A stretch of 64,000 nt of DNA from Candidatus Hadarchaeales archaeon. Lineage in GTDB: Archaea > Hadarchaeota > Hadarchaeia > Hadarchaeales > WYZ-LMO6. Numbering within the stretch: the first letter of the stretch is position 1; each line of letters opens with the position of its first letter. This document shows, piece by piece, positions 39,866 to 48,631 of the stretch. Below the pieces are notes generated by a model. That model did no database searches. It saw only the letters and a program-made list of their open reading frames with translations, and was not told the DNA's origin. Position numbers and translations under genes: made by a program. Where the stretch lies: contig JAVYML010000003.1 of NCBI GenBank assembly GCA_038736355.1, positions 214,093-278,092 of the forward strand, read 5' to 3'.

Positions 39866-40546
39866 ATGAAACAGGCGAGAATCTTAGCATTGGGCTCTAT
39901 AGGAATTACTGCTCTAGCGGTTTTCCTCTTCACTTTTTTTCCTTCCTCCCCAGAGATAGCCTTTATCTTCGCGGTGGGTGTAGCTTTTGTTATACTCCTC
40001 TTGGTGGCCCTTCCCCTTTTAGGAAGGGGAGAGGAATCTCCTTTCCCAGAAGAAGAGAGGAAGGAAATAGCTTCCAAGCTCAAAGAGGCCTTGGAAGAAG
40101 AAAAGGAGACCAAGCCTCAAGAAGCTGTAGAAGAAAAACCTCAGCCCAACCTCCTCTCCTGCCTCAGGGAGATTTCCCTTGAAGGATGGAAAATGGTGAG
40201 CGAAGGGGGAGTAAAAGAGGAAACCTTGTTGGGAACGCCAGGGAAAGGGGAAGGATTTTTTAGGATTTGGGAAGGCGAAAAAGGGAGGAGGCTTGCCCTT
40301 TACACCCTTCTCTTTCCCTCACCGGAAGAAGCCAAAAATTGTTTGCAGGAAATCTTGGCTAGGCTCGGTGATTGGCTCTACGAAAGCTATCCGGGAAGGG
40401 GTCACTTCTACTTGGAAAGGGAAAACATGGATGGAGCCGTGTGGAAGAAAGAAGAGGTATTGGTCCTCCTCTTACTCGGAGAAGCCAAGAGGGGAGAAGC
40501 TTCCGCCTTTTTGACCCTTCTTCCAGAAGCCCTTAAACCGCTCTGA
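39866..40546 (+). CDS. Hypothetical protein with two N-terminal TM helices and a soluble domain
   Basis: 226-aa ORF; hydrophobic residues ~6-52, charged linker, then a globular segment; TTATAA upstream. Confidence 0.65.
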   Translation: MKQARILALGSIGITALAVFLFTFFPSSPEIAFIFAVGVAFVILLLVALPLLGRGEESPFPEEERKEIASKLKEALEEEKETKPQEAVEEKPQPNLLSCLREISLEGWKMVSEGGVKEETLLGTPGKGEGFFRIWEGEKGRRLALYTLLFPSPEEAKNCLQEILARLGDWLYESYPGRGHFYLERENMDGAVWKKEEVLVLLLLGEAKRGEASAFLTLLPEALKPL

Positions 40547-41231
40547 GTTCTTCCAGTTTTTTCCTAGCTTCTTCCAAATCCTTGAAGGTATCCACTGGAA
40601 TCCAAAGGGGGAGCTCTGCCTTATAGCATCTCAACTTTCCTTCCCTGGCCAGTTCAGGAAAAAGAGTTTGTTCCACGTTTCCCTTTTTGAATTTCTCCAT
40701 CTTGGGAAGGAGGAGAGGACTGAGACAATAAACTCCTCCATTGACATAGTGGGGAAGTAGGGGTTTCTCCACGAAAGAAACAATTTTCTTCCCCCTCAGG
40801 CGCAGGATCCCGTAAGGACTTCTCATCCTTACCGCCAAAAGGGAAGCTAGGGCCCCAGATTTCTTGAAGTCTTCCCACATCCCCTTAAAGTCCATCTCCA
40901 TTACCACGTCCCCATTGCTCACTACCGCTTCCTTTCTGGCCTTCCTCATCCCAAGTCTAAGGGCGTTGAGGGTTCCAAGGGGCTTTCTTTCCACAACGTA
41001 TTCCAGCTCCATTCCCTCCCAACTCCTTCCATATCTTTTCTCGATCTCCTCGGCCTTGTACCCAGCCAAAAGGTATACCTTCCTTATGCCAGCCTTGCGG
41101 TAGAGGGAGAGCTGGTGGTCGAGGATGGTATATCCCCTTTTCAGTTCCAGCAAGACCTTAGGTATGGCTTGGGTGAGGGGAAAGAGCCTCTTACCGTAAC
41201 CTCCACAAAGGATCATCCCTACCGCTTCCAT
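40533..41231 (-). CDS. Sugar-phosphate nucleotidyltransferase family protein
   Basis: ILCGGYGKRL.PLT..IPK, E.KPLGT, NGD, FVEKP, NGGVY. Confidence 0.87.
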   Translation of the reverse strand: MEAVGMILCGGYGKRLFPLTQAIPKVLLELKRGYTILDHQLSLYRKAGIRKVYLLAGYKAEEIEKRYGRSWEGMELEYVVERKPLGTLNALRLGMRKARKEAVVSNGDVVMEMDFKGMWEDFKKSGALASLLAVRMRSPYGILRLRGKKIVSFVEKPLLPHYVNGGVYCLSPLLLPKMEKFKKGNVEQTLFPELAREGKLRCYKAELPLWIPVDTFKDLEEARKKLEELRAV

Positions 41232-41278
41232 CCCTCTCCTTTACCCACTCATTTTTAAAACTCCCCCGAGGAAAAAAA

Positions 41279-41845
41279 ATGATGAAGGCCCTCGTCTTCC
41301 TAGCTCCGGGTTTCGAGGAAATAGAGGCCATGACCATAGTGGATCTCCTCAGGCGGGGTGGAGTGGAAGTGGTAACAGCTGGCTTGGAAACACCCGTAGA
41401 GGGATCCCATGGGGTAAAGGTACTACCAGACAAAAAACTGGAAGAGGTCAGGGTCGAGGACTTCGATGCCGTGATTTGTCCTGGTGGCTATCCGGGATAC
41501 GAGAACCTGAAGAAAAACCAAAGGGTACTGGAAATGGTTAAAGAAGCCGCCCAAAAGAACAAGATAGTGGCCGCCATTTGCGGTGCTCCTTCCGTCCTCG
41601 CAGAGGCCGGAGTGTTGAAGGGTAAGAAAAGCACCATTTATCCAGGAATGGAGGCCGAACTGAAGAAAGCGGGAGGAAAACCTTCCAAGGGATTGGTGGT
41701 AGTGGATGGAAAGGTGATTACCAGCATGGGTCCTGCCACTGCTTTTGCCTTTGCACTGGAACTCCTGAAGCGCTTGGCGGGAAGAAAAAAGGCTGAGGAG
41801 GTAAAAAAGGCCACCCTCGCCCACTTGGGGGCAAAACTCAGATAA
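41279..41845 (+). CDS. DJ-1/PfpI (ThiJ/YajL-like) protein
   Basis: GFEEIEA, PGG, AAICGAP nucleophile elbow, TSMGPATA. Confidence 0.92.
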   Translation: MMKALVFLAPGFEEIEAMTIVDLLRRGGVEVVTAGLETPVEGSHGVKVLPDKKLEEVRVEDFDAVICPGGYPGYENLKKNQRVLEMVKEAAQKNKIVAAICGAPSVLAEAGVLKGKKSTIYPGMEAELKKAGGKPSKGLVVVDGKVITSMGPATAFAFALELLKRLAGRKKAEEVKKATLAHLGAKLR

Positions 41846-41848
41846 ACG

Positions 41849-42781
41849 TCAAGCTCTAGGTCTAAGACCAAGGATCCTTCTGGCCTCATCGGGGGAGGCT
41901 ACTTCCCTTCCCAGCTCCCTTGCCAGCCTAACCACCTTTTCCACCAGTTCCGCATTGCTCTTGGCCAAGACCCCCCTTTCCAAATAGATGTTGTCCTCCA
42001 TTCCCACCCTCACGTGTCCTCCCAGAATGATGGCCAAAGCCGCCATGGGCATCTCATACCTTCCCGGAGCGCATACCGACCAAGTCCAACTCTCCGGTAT
42101 GGCCTTAACACAATACAGAAGGGTCTCTGGAGCGGGGGACATACAGGAAAGCCCACCCATCATCACGAATTGAACGTGCAGTGGCTCTTTCAGTTTTCCC
42201 TCCCTCACGAGAACCTTCGCAGTGTTGATCTGACCCGTGTCATAGATTTCCAGTTCAGGTTTCACACCATTCTTGTACATGTACTCCGCCCACCTCTCGA
42301 TCCTGGCCACAGGATTTTCGAAAATTTCCTCCCTCAGGGAGGGAATACCCATGTCCTCCCACAAGTTGATGGAACCCATGTTTAGAGAACTCATTTCCTG
42401 TCCAAAGGTCATCCTCTCTTCCATTACCTTATCCAGGGTCCTTCGGTATTCTTCCTGGGTCATCTCCACTTTCCTTCCAAGCATTTCAGCGAGAGGACCA
42501 GGCAAAGGCCTTCCCCCTCCAGTCGTGAGATTGATGATGATATCCGAGGCCTCGCTTTCCCTTATCCTTCTGATGTATTCAGGAAAAATGGAGTTGGGAT
42601 TGGGATGGGGAAGTCCCGTTTCAGGATCCTTGGCATGGAGATGCACTACGGATGCACCAGCCTTTCTGCACCTAACCACTTCTTCCACGATTTCTTCCAC
42701 CGTACATGGGACGTAGGGAGTCTGCATCTTGGAAACGTATTCCCCTCCGGTAGGTGCTACCGTGATGATCAGTTTCTCCAT
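41849..42781 (-). CDS. Beta-keto acid cleavage enzyme (BKACE / Kce family)
   Basis: IITVAPTG, AGASVVHLHA Zn ligands, TTGG, SLNMGS, KPELEIYD, GGHVRVGMEDN, SNAELV. Confidence 0.92.
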   Translation of the reverse strand: MEKLIITVAPTGGEYVSKMQTPYVPCTVEEIVEEVVRCRKAGASVVHLHAKDPETGLPHPNPNSIFPEYIRRIRESEASDIIINLTTGGGRPLPGPLAEMLGRKVEMTQEEYRRTLDKVMEERMTFGQEMSSLNMGSINLWEDMGIPSLREEIFENPVARIERWAEYMYKNGVKPELEIYDTGQINTAKVLVREGKLKEPLHVQFVMMGGLSCMSPAPETLLYCVKAIPESWTWSVCAPGRYEMPMAALAIILGGHVRVGMEDNIYLERGVLAKSNAELVEKVVRLARELGREVASPDEARRILGLRPRA

Positions 42782-42830
42782 CTTTCTTCTTCGTTTTCAA
42801 ACCTTTTTATTCCTAAGGAAAAGGAAAAAG

Positions 42831-43550
42831 ATGCCTGAAAAAGTAGAAGTGGTGCTCGGAGAGATTTCTAGGATAAACTTGAATCGACCGGAAAGGAAGA
42901 ACGCGCTCGATTTACAAATGTTGGAGGAACTGGACGAGGTTCTAGAGGAAGTAAAGGAGTATAAACCAAGGGTACTGGTTCTGGGGGGGAAGGGGGACAC
43001 CTTTTGCTCAGGTCTGGATACCTCGGTGCTAGCAGAACTGGCTGGTTGGGAAGAAGAGAGACTCCTCCCCATCATAGACCTTGCCCAAAGGGTAATAGCA
43101 AAACTCAGGAGAATGGACTGTCCTGTGATAGCGGCTTGTCAGAGGTATGCCATAGGAGGGGGGATGCAGCTCGCCCTAGCGGCCGATTTGAGACTTGCCA
43201 CTCCAGGAACCACCTTCTACTTAAGGGAACCGGAATTCGGTATCCTTCCAGACATGGGAGCCCTTTATCTCTTACCCAGGATAGTGGGGGAAGGCCTGGC
43301 TAGGGATCTCATCTTGACCGGAAGAAGGATGACGGCGGAGGAAGGTGAGAAAGTGGGATTGGTGAATGGGATTTTCCCCTCTCTAGAGGAAGGAATAAAA
43401 CTGTATGTGGAGAGAATTCTCTCCCTACATCACACCCCACTCCGCGAGTCCAAGAGAATACTGGAGGCCTGTTGGGAAGAGGGATTTGACTCAAACATGG
43501 CAAAGGCCAAAGAAGCGCAACTCAGATGTTTGAGGGAACTTAAGACCTAA
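42831..43550 (+). CDS. Crotonase (enoyl-CoA hydratase/isomerase) family protein
   Basis: LNRPERKNAL, FCSGLD, AIGGGMQLALAADLR, EPEFGILPD, LTGR. Start trimmed to ATG 42831. Confidence 0.88.
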   Translation: MPEKVEVVLGEISRINLNRPERKNALDLQMLEELDEVLEEVKEYKPRVLVLGGKGDTFCSGLDTSVLAELAGWEEERLLPIIDLAQRVIAKLRRMDCPVIAACQRYAIGGGMQLALAADLRLATPGTTFYLREPEFGILPDMGALYLLPRIVGEGLARDLILTGRRMTAEEGEKVGLVNGIFPSLEEGIKLYVERILSLHHTPLRESKRILEACWEEGFDSNMAKAKEAQLRCLRELKT

Positions 43551-44925
43551 GGGCCCTCATGTGCTCAATGCTCCTTTTCACATGCTCCCTGAGGGCTATG
43601 TCTTCCCTATGTCTGAGCGGACCATCCACTCTCCTTATGGCCTCGAGTGCTATCTCCCTAGCCCTTTCCAAATCATCCCCTATCCCCACGGCAGCCACGG
43701 TCCTGGAACTTAGGGCCCAAAGTTCTCCATTTTCCCTGACTTCCAGAGAACCGGGATAAAGCCTCAGGTCCTCCCCGTATTTTGCCTTCAGGGCTTCCGC
43801 TTCCTCCAGCTTCACTCTCCTGGGCCCCGAGTACTTCCTGTAACCCCCGTATTCCAAAGGAACGGCATAGATCACCACGCTGGCCCTCCTTTTAAACCTC
43901 ATTCCCCTCAGCTCACCATCCAAACAGCGAAAACAGATTTCCACGAAGTCGTCCTCCAACAAAGGCATCAGGTTCATTACCTCTGGATCCCCCCACCTGC
44001 TATTCACTTCCAGCACCTTAACCCCCTCCCGTGTGAGAATGTATCCCATGTACATTACTCCCATCAACTTCGGATTCCTTCCCTCTCCCTTGAGTCTCCG
44101 GTGGAGACGTTCGGCTATTTCTATCGCCTGCTCCCAATCCCTTCTCTCCATGAAGGGAAGGAGCTCATCCACATCCTTATAGGATCCCATCCCTCCCGTG
44201 TTGGGCCCCTGATCCCAGTCAAAGGCCCTCTTGTAATCCCTTACGCATGGAGTAGGGATCAAATGTTCTCCATCCGAAAGGAACTGGAGAGAAAATTCCT
44301 CCCCCTCCAGCTTTTCTTCCACGATTACAGGCCCCTTAGAAAAAGAAGGAAGGAAGTACTCGTAAAACATTTCCTCTCTCGTCCTGAAATGATCCCCCCA
44401 CACCCCTACTCCCTTTCCTGTGGCCGGGGCATCCGGTTTTACGGCCACCTTCTCGCCCACTTCATCCAACCAGCGATAGACCTCTTCCTTCACCTTCTCC
44501 TTGGGTATCTCGGCGGGATCGAAAACCTTAAACCTGGGATTGGCTTCGGGAGCCACTTCTTCCAGCAACTTCCTCTGCTTCACCTTACTCTTCTCTATGA
44601 AGTACTCCAAACTGGGACAAATCATCTTTATTCCCGTTTCCTTCTCCAACACATCCCTTATCCCCTGAATACCCGGTCCTTCCGGTCCCAAGATCCCAAA
44701 GGAGATTTCCTTCGCATGTTTCTTCGCAAACTTCACGATATCCCTCACGTTCAAATCGGGAATTACCACATGTTCTCCTCCCGTCTCTTGGGCCTTCTTC
44801 AGGTTGAAGGGATTCCTTTGTCTATCGGCTATGAACAACTTGACCATATGCCAGCTTCGACAAAGGGTATCGGCCAAACAGGCAAACCTGCTTCCGTAAC
44901 TCACCCCGAGCACACCTACTGGCAT
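43540..44925 (-). CDS. purD: Phosphoribosylamine-glycine ligase (divergent)
   Basis: GPE, GKGV, EEKLEGEEFS, DYKRAFDWDQGPNTGGMGSY, LEVNSRWGDPE. Confidence 0.9.
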   Translation of the reverse strand: MPVGVLGVSYGSRFACLADTLCRSWHMVKLFIADRQRNPFNLKKAQETGGEHVVIPDLNVRDIVKFAKKHAKEISFGILGPEGPGIQGIRDVLEKETGIKMICPSLEYFIEKSKVKQRKLLEEVAPEANPRFKVFDPAEIPKEKVKEEVYRWLDEVGEKVAVKPDAPATGKGVGVWGDHFRTREEMFYEYFLPSFSKGPVIVEEKLEGEEFSLQFLSDGEHLIPTPCVRDYKRAFDWDQGPNTGGMGSYKDVDELLPFMERRDWEQAIEIAERLHRRLKGEGRNPKLMGVMYMGYILTREGVKVLEVNSRWGDPEVMNLMPLLEDDFVEICFRCLDGELRGMRFKRRASVVIYAVPLEYGGYRKYSGPRRVKLEEAEALKAKYGEDLRLYPGSLEVRENGELWALSSRTVAAVGIGDDLERAREIALEAIRRVDGPLRHREDIALREHVKRSIEHMRALRS

Positions 44926-44926
44926 T

Positions 44927-45649
44927 CTATTCCTCCATCCTCACGTAACCTTCTTTCCATTCACCATTCGTCCTAACGTAAACTTTTCCCCTCTCGTCCA
45001 AGGCGAATTTTCCTTGCGAAAGGAGCCTGAGGGCCTCTCTATAAGCAGGACCATCGCATTTCACCTTCATGAGCTCCTGCTGTTCTTCTGGGCTTCTACC
45101 CTCCACGGGGAGAGGGGGAGAAATAACTAGGATGGGGCCCTGATCCGCCTCTTCGATCATGATGTGAACCGTAGACCTCGTCACCTTTTCCCCCGCTTCC
45201 AACTGGGCCCTGACGGCACCCAATCCCGTATATTTCCTTCTTCCCCCTTCCTCTATGGAAAGATCAGCGGGATGAACGTTCAGAACACGGTAAGGAAACC
45301 TGCTTAGGAAGAGGGGTGTGAGGATATACATGTAACCTGAACAAGCCACTATGTCCGGCTCCCATCCCCTTCTCTCTATTACTGAGAGAAGCTCCTTTTC
45401 GTATTCCTCCCTCACCTTCATGTCCCTGATGGGTCTGCCCGCGTAGAAGTCGTAGATATCCACTACCTCCACCGGTATCCCAAAGGTCTGGAACTTGGCA
45501 ATTCCAGGAGCTTTCTTATTGGAAGAAATTCCTCCTATGACCTCGTAGCCTTCTCCTCCCACCATAAAGGGAAGGGCACTTGCCCCGCCTGAAAAGAGAA
45601 CCAAGACTTTCATCTTCCTTCCTTCCTTGGGCTCGTAGATGGGCTTCAT
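44927..45649 (-). CDS. purN: Phosphoribosylglycinamide formyltransferase family (PurN-like)
   Basis: VLFSGGAS, GYMYIL, LNVHP, STVH....DQGPI; directly upstream of purD. Start trimmed to ATG 45649. Confidence 0.78.
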   Translation of the reverse strand: MKPIYEPKEGRKMKVLVLFSGGASALPFMVGGEGYEVIGGISSNKKAPGIAKFQTFGIPVEVVDIYDFYAGRPIRDMKVREEYEKELLSVIERRGWEPDIVACSGYMYILTPLFLSRFPYRVLNVHPADLSIEEGGRRKYTGLGAVRAQLEAGEKVTRSTVHIMIEEADQGPILVISPPLPVEGRSPEEQQELMKVKCDGPAYREALRLLSQGKFALDERGKVYVRTNGEWKEGYVRMEE

Positions 45650-45692
45650 GCTAAAAAAATGCGCGGGCCTTCCCTTATCTATTTCGGTGGAC

Positions 45693-46532
45693 TCAGAGCA
45701 ACTCGGAGAGCAAGAATCCCAATAGGCAACCAGCGGAGAGGAAGGGAAGACCGGGAAAGATCCTTCCAGGCTTCCTATGAAGGAGGAGCAAAAGGAAGAG
45801 GAGGAAAAGGGCGGAGGAGAAGGAGACGAGAAGGAAGGAAAGAAGGCCTTCACAGGCAAAAACGGAGGACGAGAAAAGGAGGGGCAGGATGAGATCCCCT
45901 CCTCCCAGATAGAAAATTTTTCCCTTTCCTCTTCCGACGGGTTTTCCTTCTTCAAGGAATTCTCCAAGATTCTTCGGAACCGACAGAAGAAGGGAGCTGG
46001 AAGAAGGGACGAGCCTTTCGGCCATGAAAACCATGTGCTTGCTGACGAATACGGAAAAATAATCATAAACGGAGAAAAGGGCCAGGAGTAGGATACCGGG
46101 AAGGGGACTCAGAGAGACCCCCAGCACCGCTCCCACCCCTGCTGAAGAGAGGATTAGAACAAGGTCCCTGTTGAGATGACTGGGTCTAATCATTCTCCAT
46201 CCCACTAGCAGAAGGGAGAGGAAAAATCCCAGAGGAAACCAGCCAAACTTTGCCCCAATCAGTAAATCCAGCGTAAGCCAACAACAGAAAAAGATCACCA
46301 TGACTTCGAAAATCCTGAACCATCTGGCCTTGAACTTCAGTAAAAAAAGAACGAAAAGGGTAAGGGGAAGGAGGACGGCGAAGAGGTAGAGAGAATTCCA
46401 AACACTTTGTGGATTGGAAAAAAGGAGTTCCGCTTCCTTTTTTTCCACTAACTCGAGATATCTGTCACTCACCATCAAACCCAAGAACTGCACCGTCAGA
46501 AAGAAAAGGAGCAAAACTATCGCTGCCTTCAT
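45693..46532 (-). CDS. Presenilin/signal-peptide-peptidase-like intramembrane aspartyl protease
   Basis: Multi-TM protein with YD (SVYDYFSVF.SKHM), GxGD (LGGGDL) and PAL-like PGLP motifs. Confidence 0.85.
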   Translation of the reverse strand: MKAAIVLLLFFLTVQFLGLMVSDRYLELVEKKEAELLFSNPQSVWNSLYLFAVLLPLTLFVLFLLKFKARWFRIFEVMVIFFCCWLTLDLLIGAKFGWFPLGFFLSLLLVGWRMIRPSHLNRDLVLILSSAGVGAVLGVSLSPLPGILLLALFSVYDYFSVFVSKHMVFMAERLVPSSSSLLLSVPKNLGEFLEEGKPVGRGKGKIFYLGGGDLILPLLFSSSVFACEGLLSFLLVSFSSALFLLFLLLLLHRKPGRIFPGLPFLSAGCLLGFLLSELL

Positions 46533-46591
46533 CCTCTATCCTTGGCCTAGAAGAAAAAAACTGTTTTTTACCTCCTTTCCCACAACAAAAG

Positions 46592-47113
46592 ATGGAAGAA
46601 AAAGAAGGATTGCTGGAAGTGGCCAGACTCATGGCCCTTTCAGCTAGAACCGCTCCAAAGGCAAGGGGTAGGGATCACCTCAGGATAAGGATCCTGACTA
46701 TTCCCGAAAAAGAAAAACTGGCGGAGAAGATGGAGGAGATGGCGAATCAATACGAGTTCTTCCGCAGGGATGCCAAAAACATCAGAACTGCCAATACCGT
46801 TTTGCTCATAGGACTGGTGGGAGAACCCATGGACCTAAATTGCGGGGCCTGCGGCAGGAGCTGCGAGGAAATCAGAAAGGAGGGTAAGAAAGAGGGGAGG
46901 GGATGCGCTGGACCCATATGTGTAGTGGATGCCCTCAATTTGGGTATAGCCCTGGGTTCTGCCGCCAAAACGGCCTCGCTACTCAATGTGGATAACAGAA
47001 TGATGTTTTCTGCCGGGGTGGCCGCCAGGAAAGCCGGACTAATGGAAGCCGATGTGGTGATTGCCCTCCCCCTCTCTGCCACGGGAAAGAACCCCTTCTT
47101 CGATAGGGGATAA
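46592..47113 (+). CDS. DUF2148 ferredoxin-domain nitroreductase-like protein
   Basis: SARTAPKARG.D, NCGACG..C, GPIC, LGIALGSA, VDNRMM, GKNPFFDR. Start trimmed to ATG 46592. Confidence 0.85.
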   Translation: MEEKEGLLEVARLMALSARTAPKARGRDHLRIRILTIPEKEKLAEKMEEMANQYEFFRRDAKNIRTANTVLLIGLVGEPMDLNCGACGRSCEEIRKEGKKEGRGCAGPICVVDALNLGIALGSAAKTASLLNVDNRMMFSAGVAARKAGLMEADVVIALPLSATGKNPFFDRG

Positions 47114-47151
47114 CCTCTTATGGAGGAAAGGGAGAAGAAAAAGGTGGTCCA

Positions 47152-47274
47152 ATGGCGTGTGGAGGGGCTGAGGTAAGCGCCACCGTGGAGGAAGAAAAGC
47201 TCTTGAAGAAAAAGGCTGAGGCCCTAAAGGAGTGGGAAGAGTTCAAAAAGATGAGCAAGAAAAAAATCAAGTAA
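47152..47274 (+). CDS. Putative 40-aa protein MACGGAEVSATVEEEKLLKKKAEALKEWEEFKKMSKKKIK
   Basis: Below the track cutoff; ATG 47152 preceded by AAGGTGG; stop one base from the convergent nikR stop. Confidence 0.5.
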   Translation: MACGGAEVSATVEEEKLLKKKAEALKEWEEFKKMSKKKIK

Positions 47275-47275
47275 G

Positions 47276-47686
47276 TCAAGTGCCTGCCACTACAAGCTTA
47301 ACCTGTTTCACTCCCCTGAGGGCTCCTAGCCTATCCACCAATTTTTTTATTTCTCCCGCCGTTCCTCTGACCAAAAGGGTTTCCATGCAATTCTTCTCAT
47401 CTAAGTGAAGATGTTGGGAAGAACGGATGATCCCTTCACTTCTATGCTGTATTTCTAGGATCTCTTCCGTCAAACCTCTAACCTCATGATCGTAAACCAT
47501 CACCACCACCCCCAAGAGCTCCCCCTCCAATTCGCTGCGCCATTTGTAATTGGTGAGGAAATCCCTGATGGCATCTCTAATGGCCTCAGAGCGACTTACA
47601 TAGTTCTGCGATTTAAGAGAACGATCTAGTTCATGCAAAAGATCCTCGGGAAGGGTAATGCTTATCCTAGTTATTTTCTCTCCCAT
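47276..47686 (-). CDS. nikR: Nickel-responsive regulator NikR
   Basis: RHH domain RISITLP...SRSEAIRDAIR; Ni ligands YDH, H, HLHL...CME. Confidence 0.93.
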   Translation of the reverse strand: MGEKITRISITLPEDLLHELDRSLKSQNYVSRSEAIRDAIRDFLTNYKWRSELEGELLGVVVMVYDHEVRGLTEEILEIQHRSEGIIRSSQHLHLDEKNCMETLLVRGTAGEIKKLVDRLGALRGVKQVKLVVAGT

Positions 47687-47833
47687 CTTCAACCTTAAGC
47701 CTCAGGTTCTTTAATCCTACCGGAGACCCAAATTAGAAATGTTTAAATTGTTTCCTCCAGGGTGTAGGATACGTGAAAGATGGGCTGGTAACGGCTCAAG
47801 AGATAACCTTTTACAACTCCCAAAACCCGAAAC

Positions 47834-48631
47834 TTGGGTGAGAACCTGAAGATAGCGATAACAGGGAAGGGAGGGGTGGGAAAAACCACCATAGCAGCTG
47901 GACTGGCTAGGGCCTTTGGCAGGAGGGGAAAGAAAGTGGTGGCCCTAGACTTGGATCCTTCCCCCAACCTCCTCTTCACGTTGGGAACGGAGGGAGAAGT
48001 GGCGAAAGAAAAGCTGATACCCCTGATGGAGAGGTCTTCTCTCATCCAAGAGAGAACTGGAGCACCACCGGAGGGATATGGTCTGGTCTTCAAACTCAAC
48101 CCCAAGGTAGACGACCTTCTCGATAGATTCGGTATAAAATGCAGGGATGGAGTGAAGTTACTGGTAGTGGGGAAAATCAGGAAGGGTGGACAGGGTTGTT
48201 TCTGTCCCGCCAATGCCCTTGCCAGGAGACTCATTGAGTATCTTTCTAGAGTGGCCGAAGTCCTCGTCCTAGACATGGAAGCGGGAGTGGAACATCTGGG
48301 GAGGGGAACCACGCAGGCTACGGAGGTAATGATCGTGGTGGTAGAACCAAGTCTAAAATCCCTCGAAACCGCCAAACAGATCAAAAAGCTTGGAGAAGAT
48401 TTGGGGATAAACAAGATTTTCTCCGTGCTCAACAAGTTCAGGGAGGGAAGTGAGGGATTGATGAGAAAATTGGAAGAGGAAGGCATGCCCGTTCTGGCCG
48501 TTATTCCCTATACGGAAGCGGTGGCAAGAGCGGAGTTACTCGGAGAATCCGTTTTCGATTCTGAGGAAGGAAAGAATCTTTTTTCCAAATTCATGGAGCT
48601 CAGCTTGGAGCTGGAGGAAAGGATCAGATGA
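47834..48631 (+). CDS. cooC: CooC/AcsF-type nickel-insertion ATPase
   Basis: KIAITGKGGVGKTT, D.DP..NL, FKLNP.VDD, GCFCP, DMEAGVEHLGRGT. Start either TTG 47834 or CTG 47846. Confidence 0.9.
   Translation: MGENLKIAITGKGGVGKTTIAAGLARAFGRRGKKVVALDLDPSPNLLFTLGTEGEVAKEKLIPLMERSSLIQERTGAPPEGYGLVFKLNPKVDDLLDRFGIKCRDGVKLLVVGKIRKGGQGCFCPANALARRLIEYLSRVAEVLVLDMEAGVEHLGRGTTQATEVMIVVVEPSLKSLETAKQIKKLGEDLGINKIFSVLNKFREGSEGLMRKLEEEGMPVLAVIPYTEAVARAELLGESVFDSEEGKNLFSKFMELSLELEERIR

Noticed and set aside
47120..47176. 18-codon ORF MEEREKKKVVQWRVEGLR, or a frameshifted pseudogene joining it to the 40-aa ORF
   Set aside because: The downstream frame has its own SD and ATG at 47152, so no frameshift is needed.
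47787..47798. GGTAACGGCTCA resembles a 16S rRNA helix segment
   Set aside because: Only a 12-nt match with no flanking rRNA similarity; treated as chance.
47788..47814. GTAA-N19-TTAC as a NikR operator
   Set aside because: Only 4-bp arms, and the length differs from the E. coli GTATGA-N16-TCATAC site; too weak to call.
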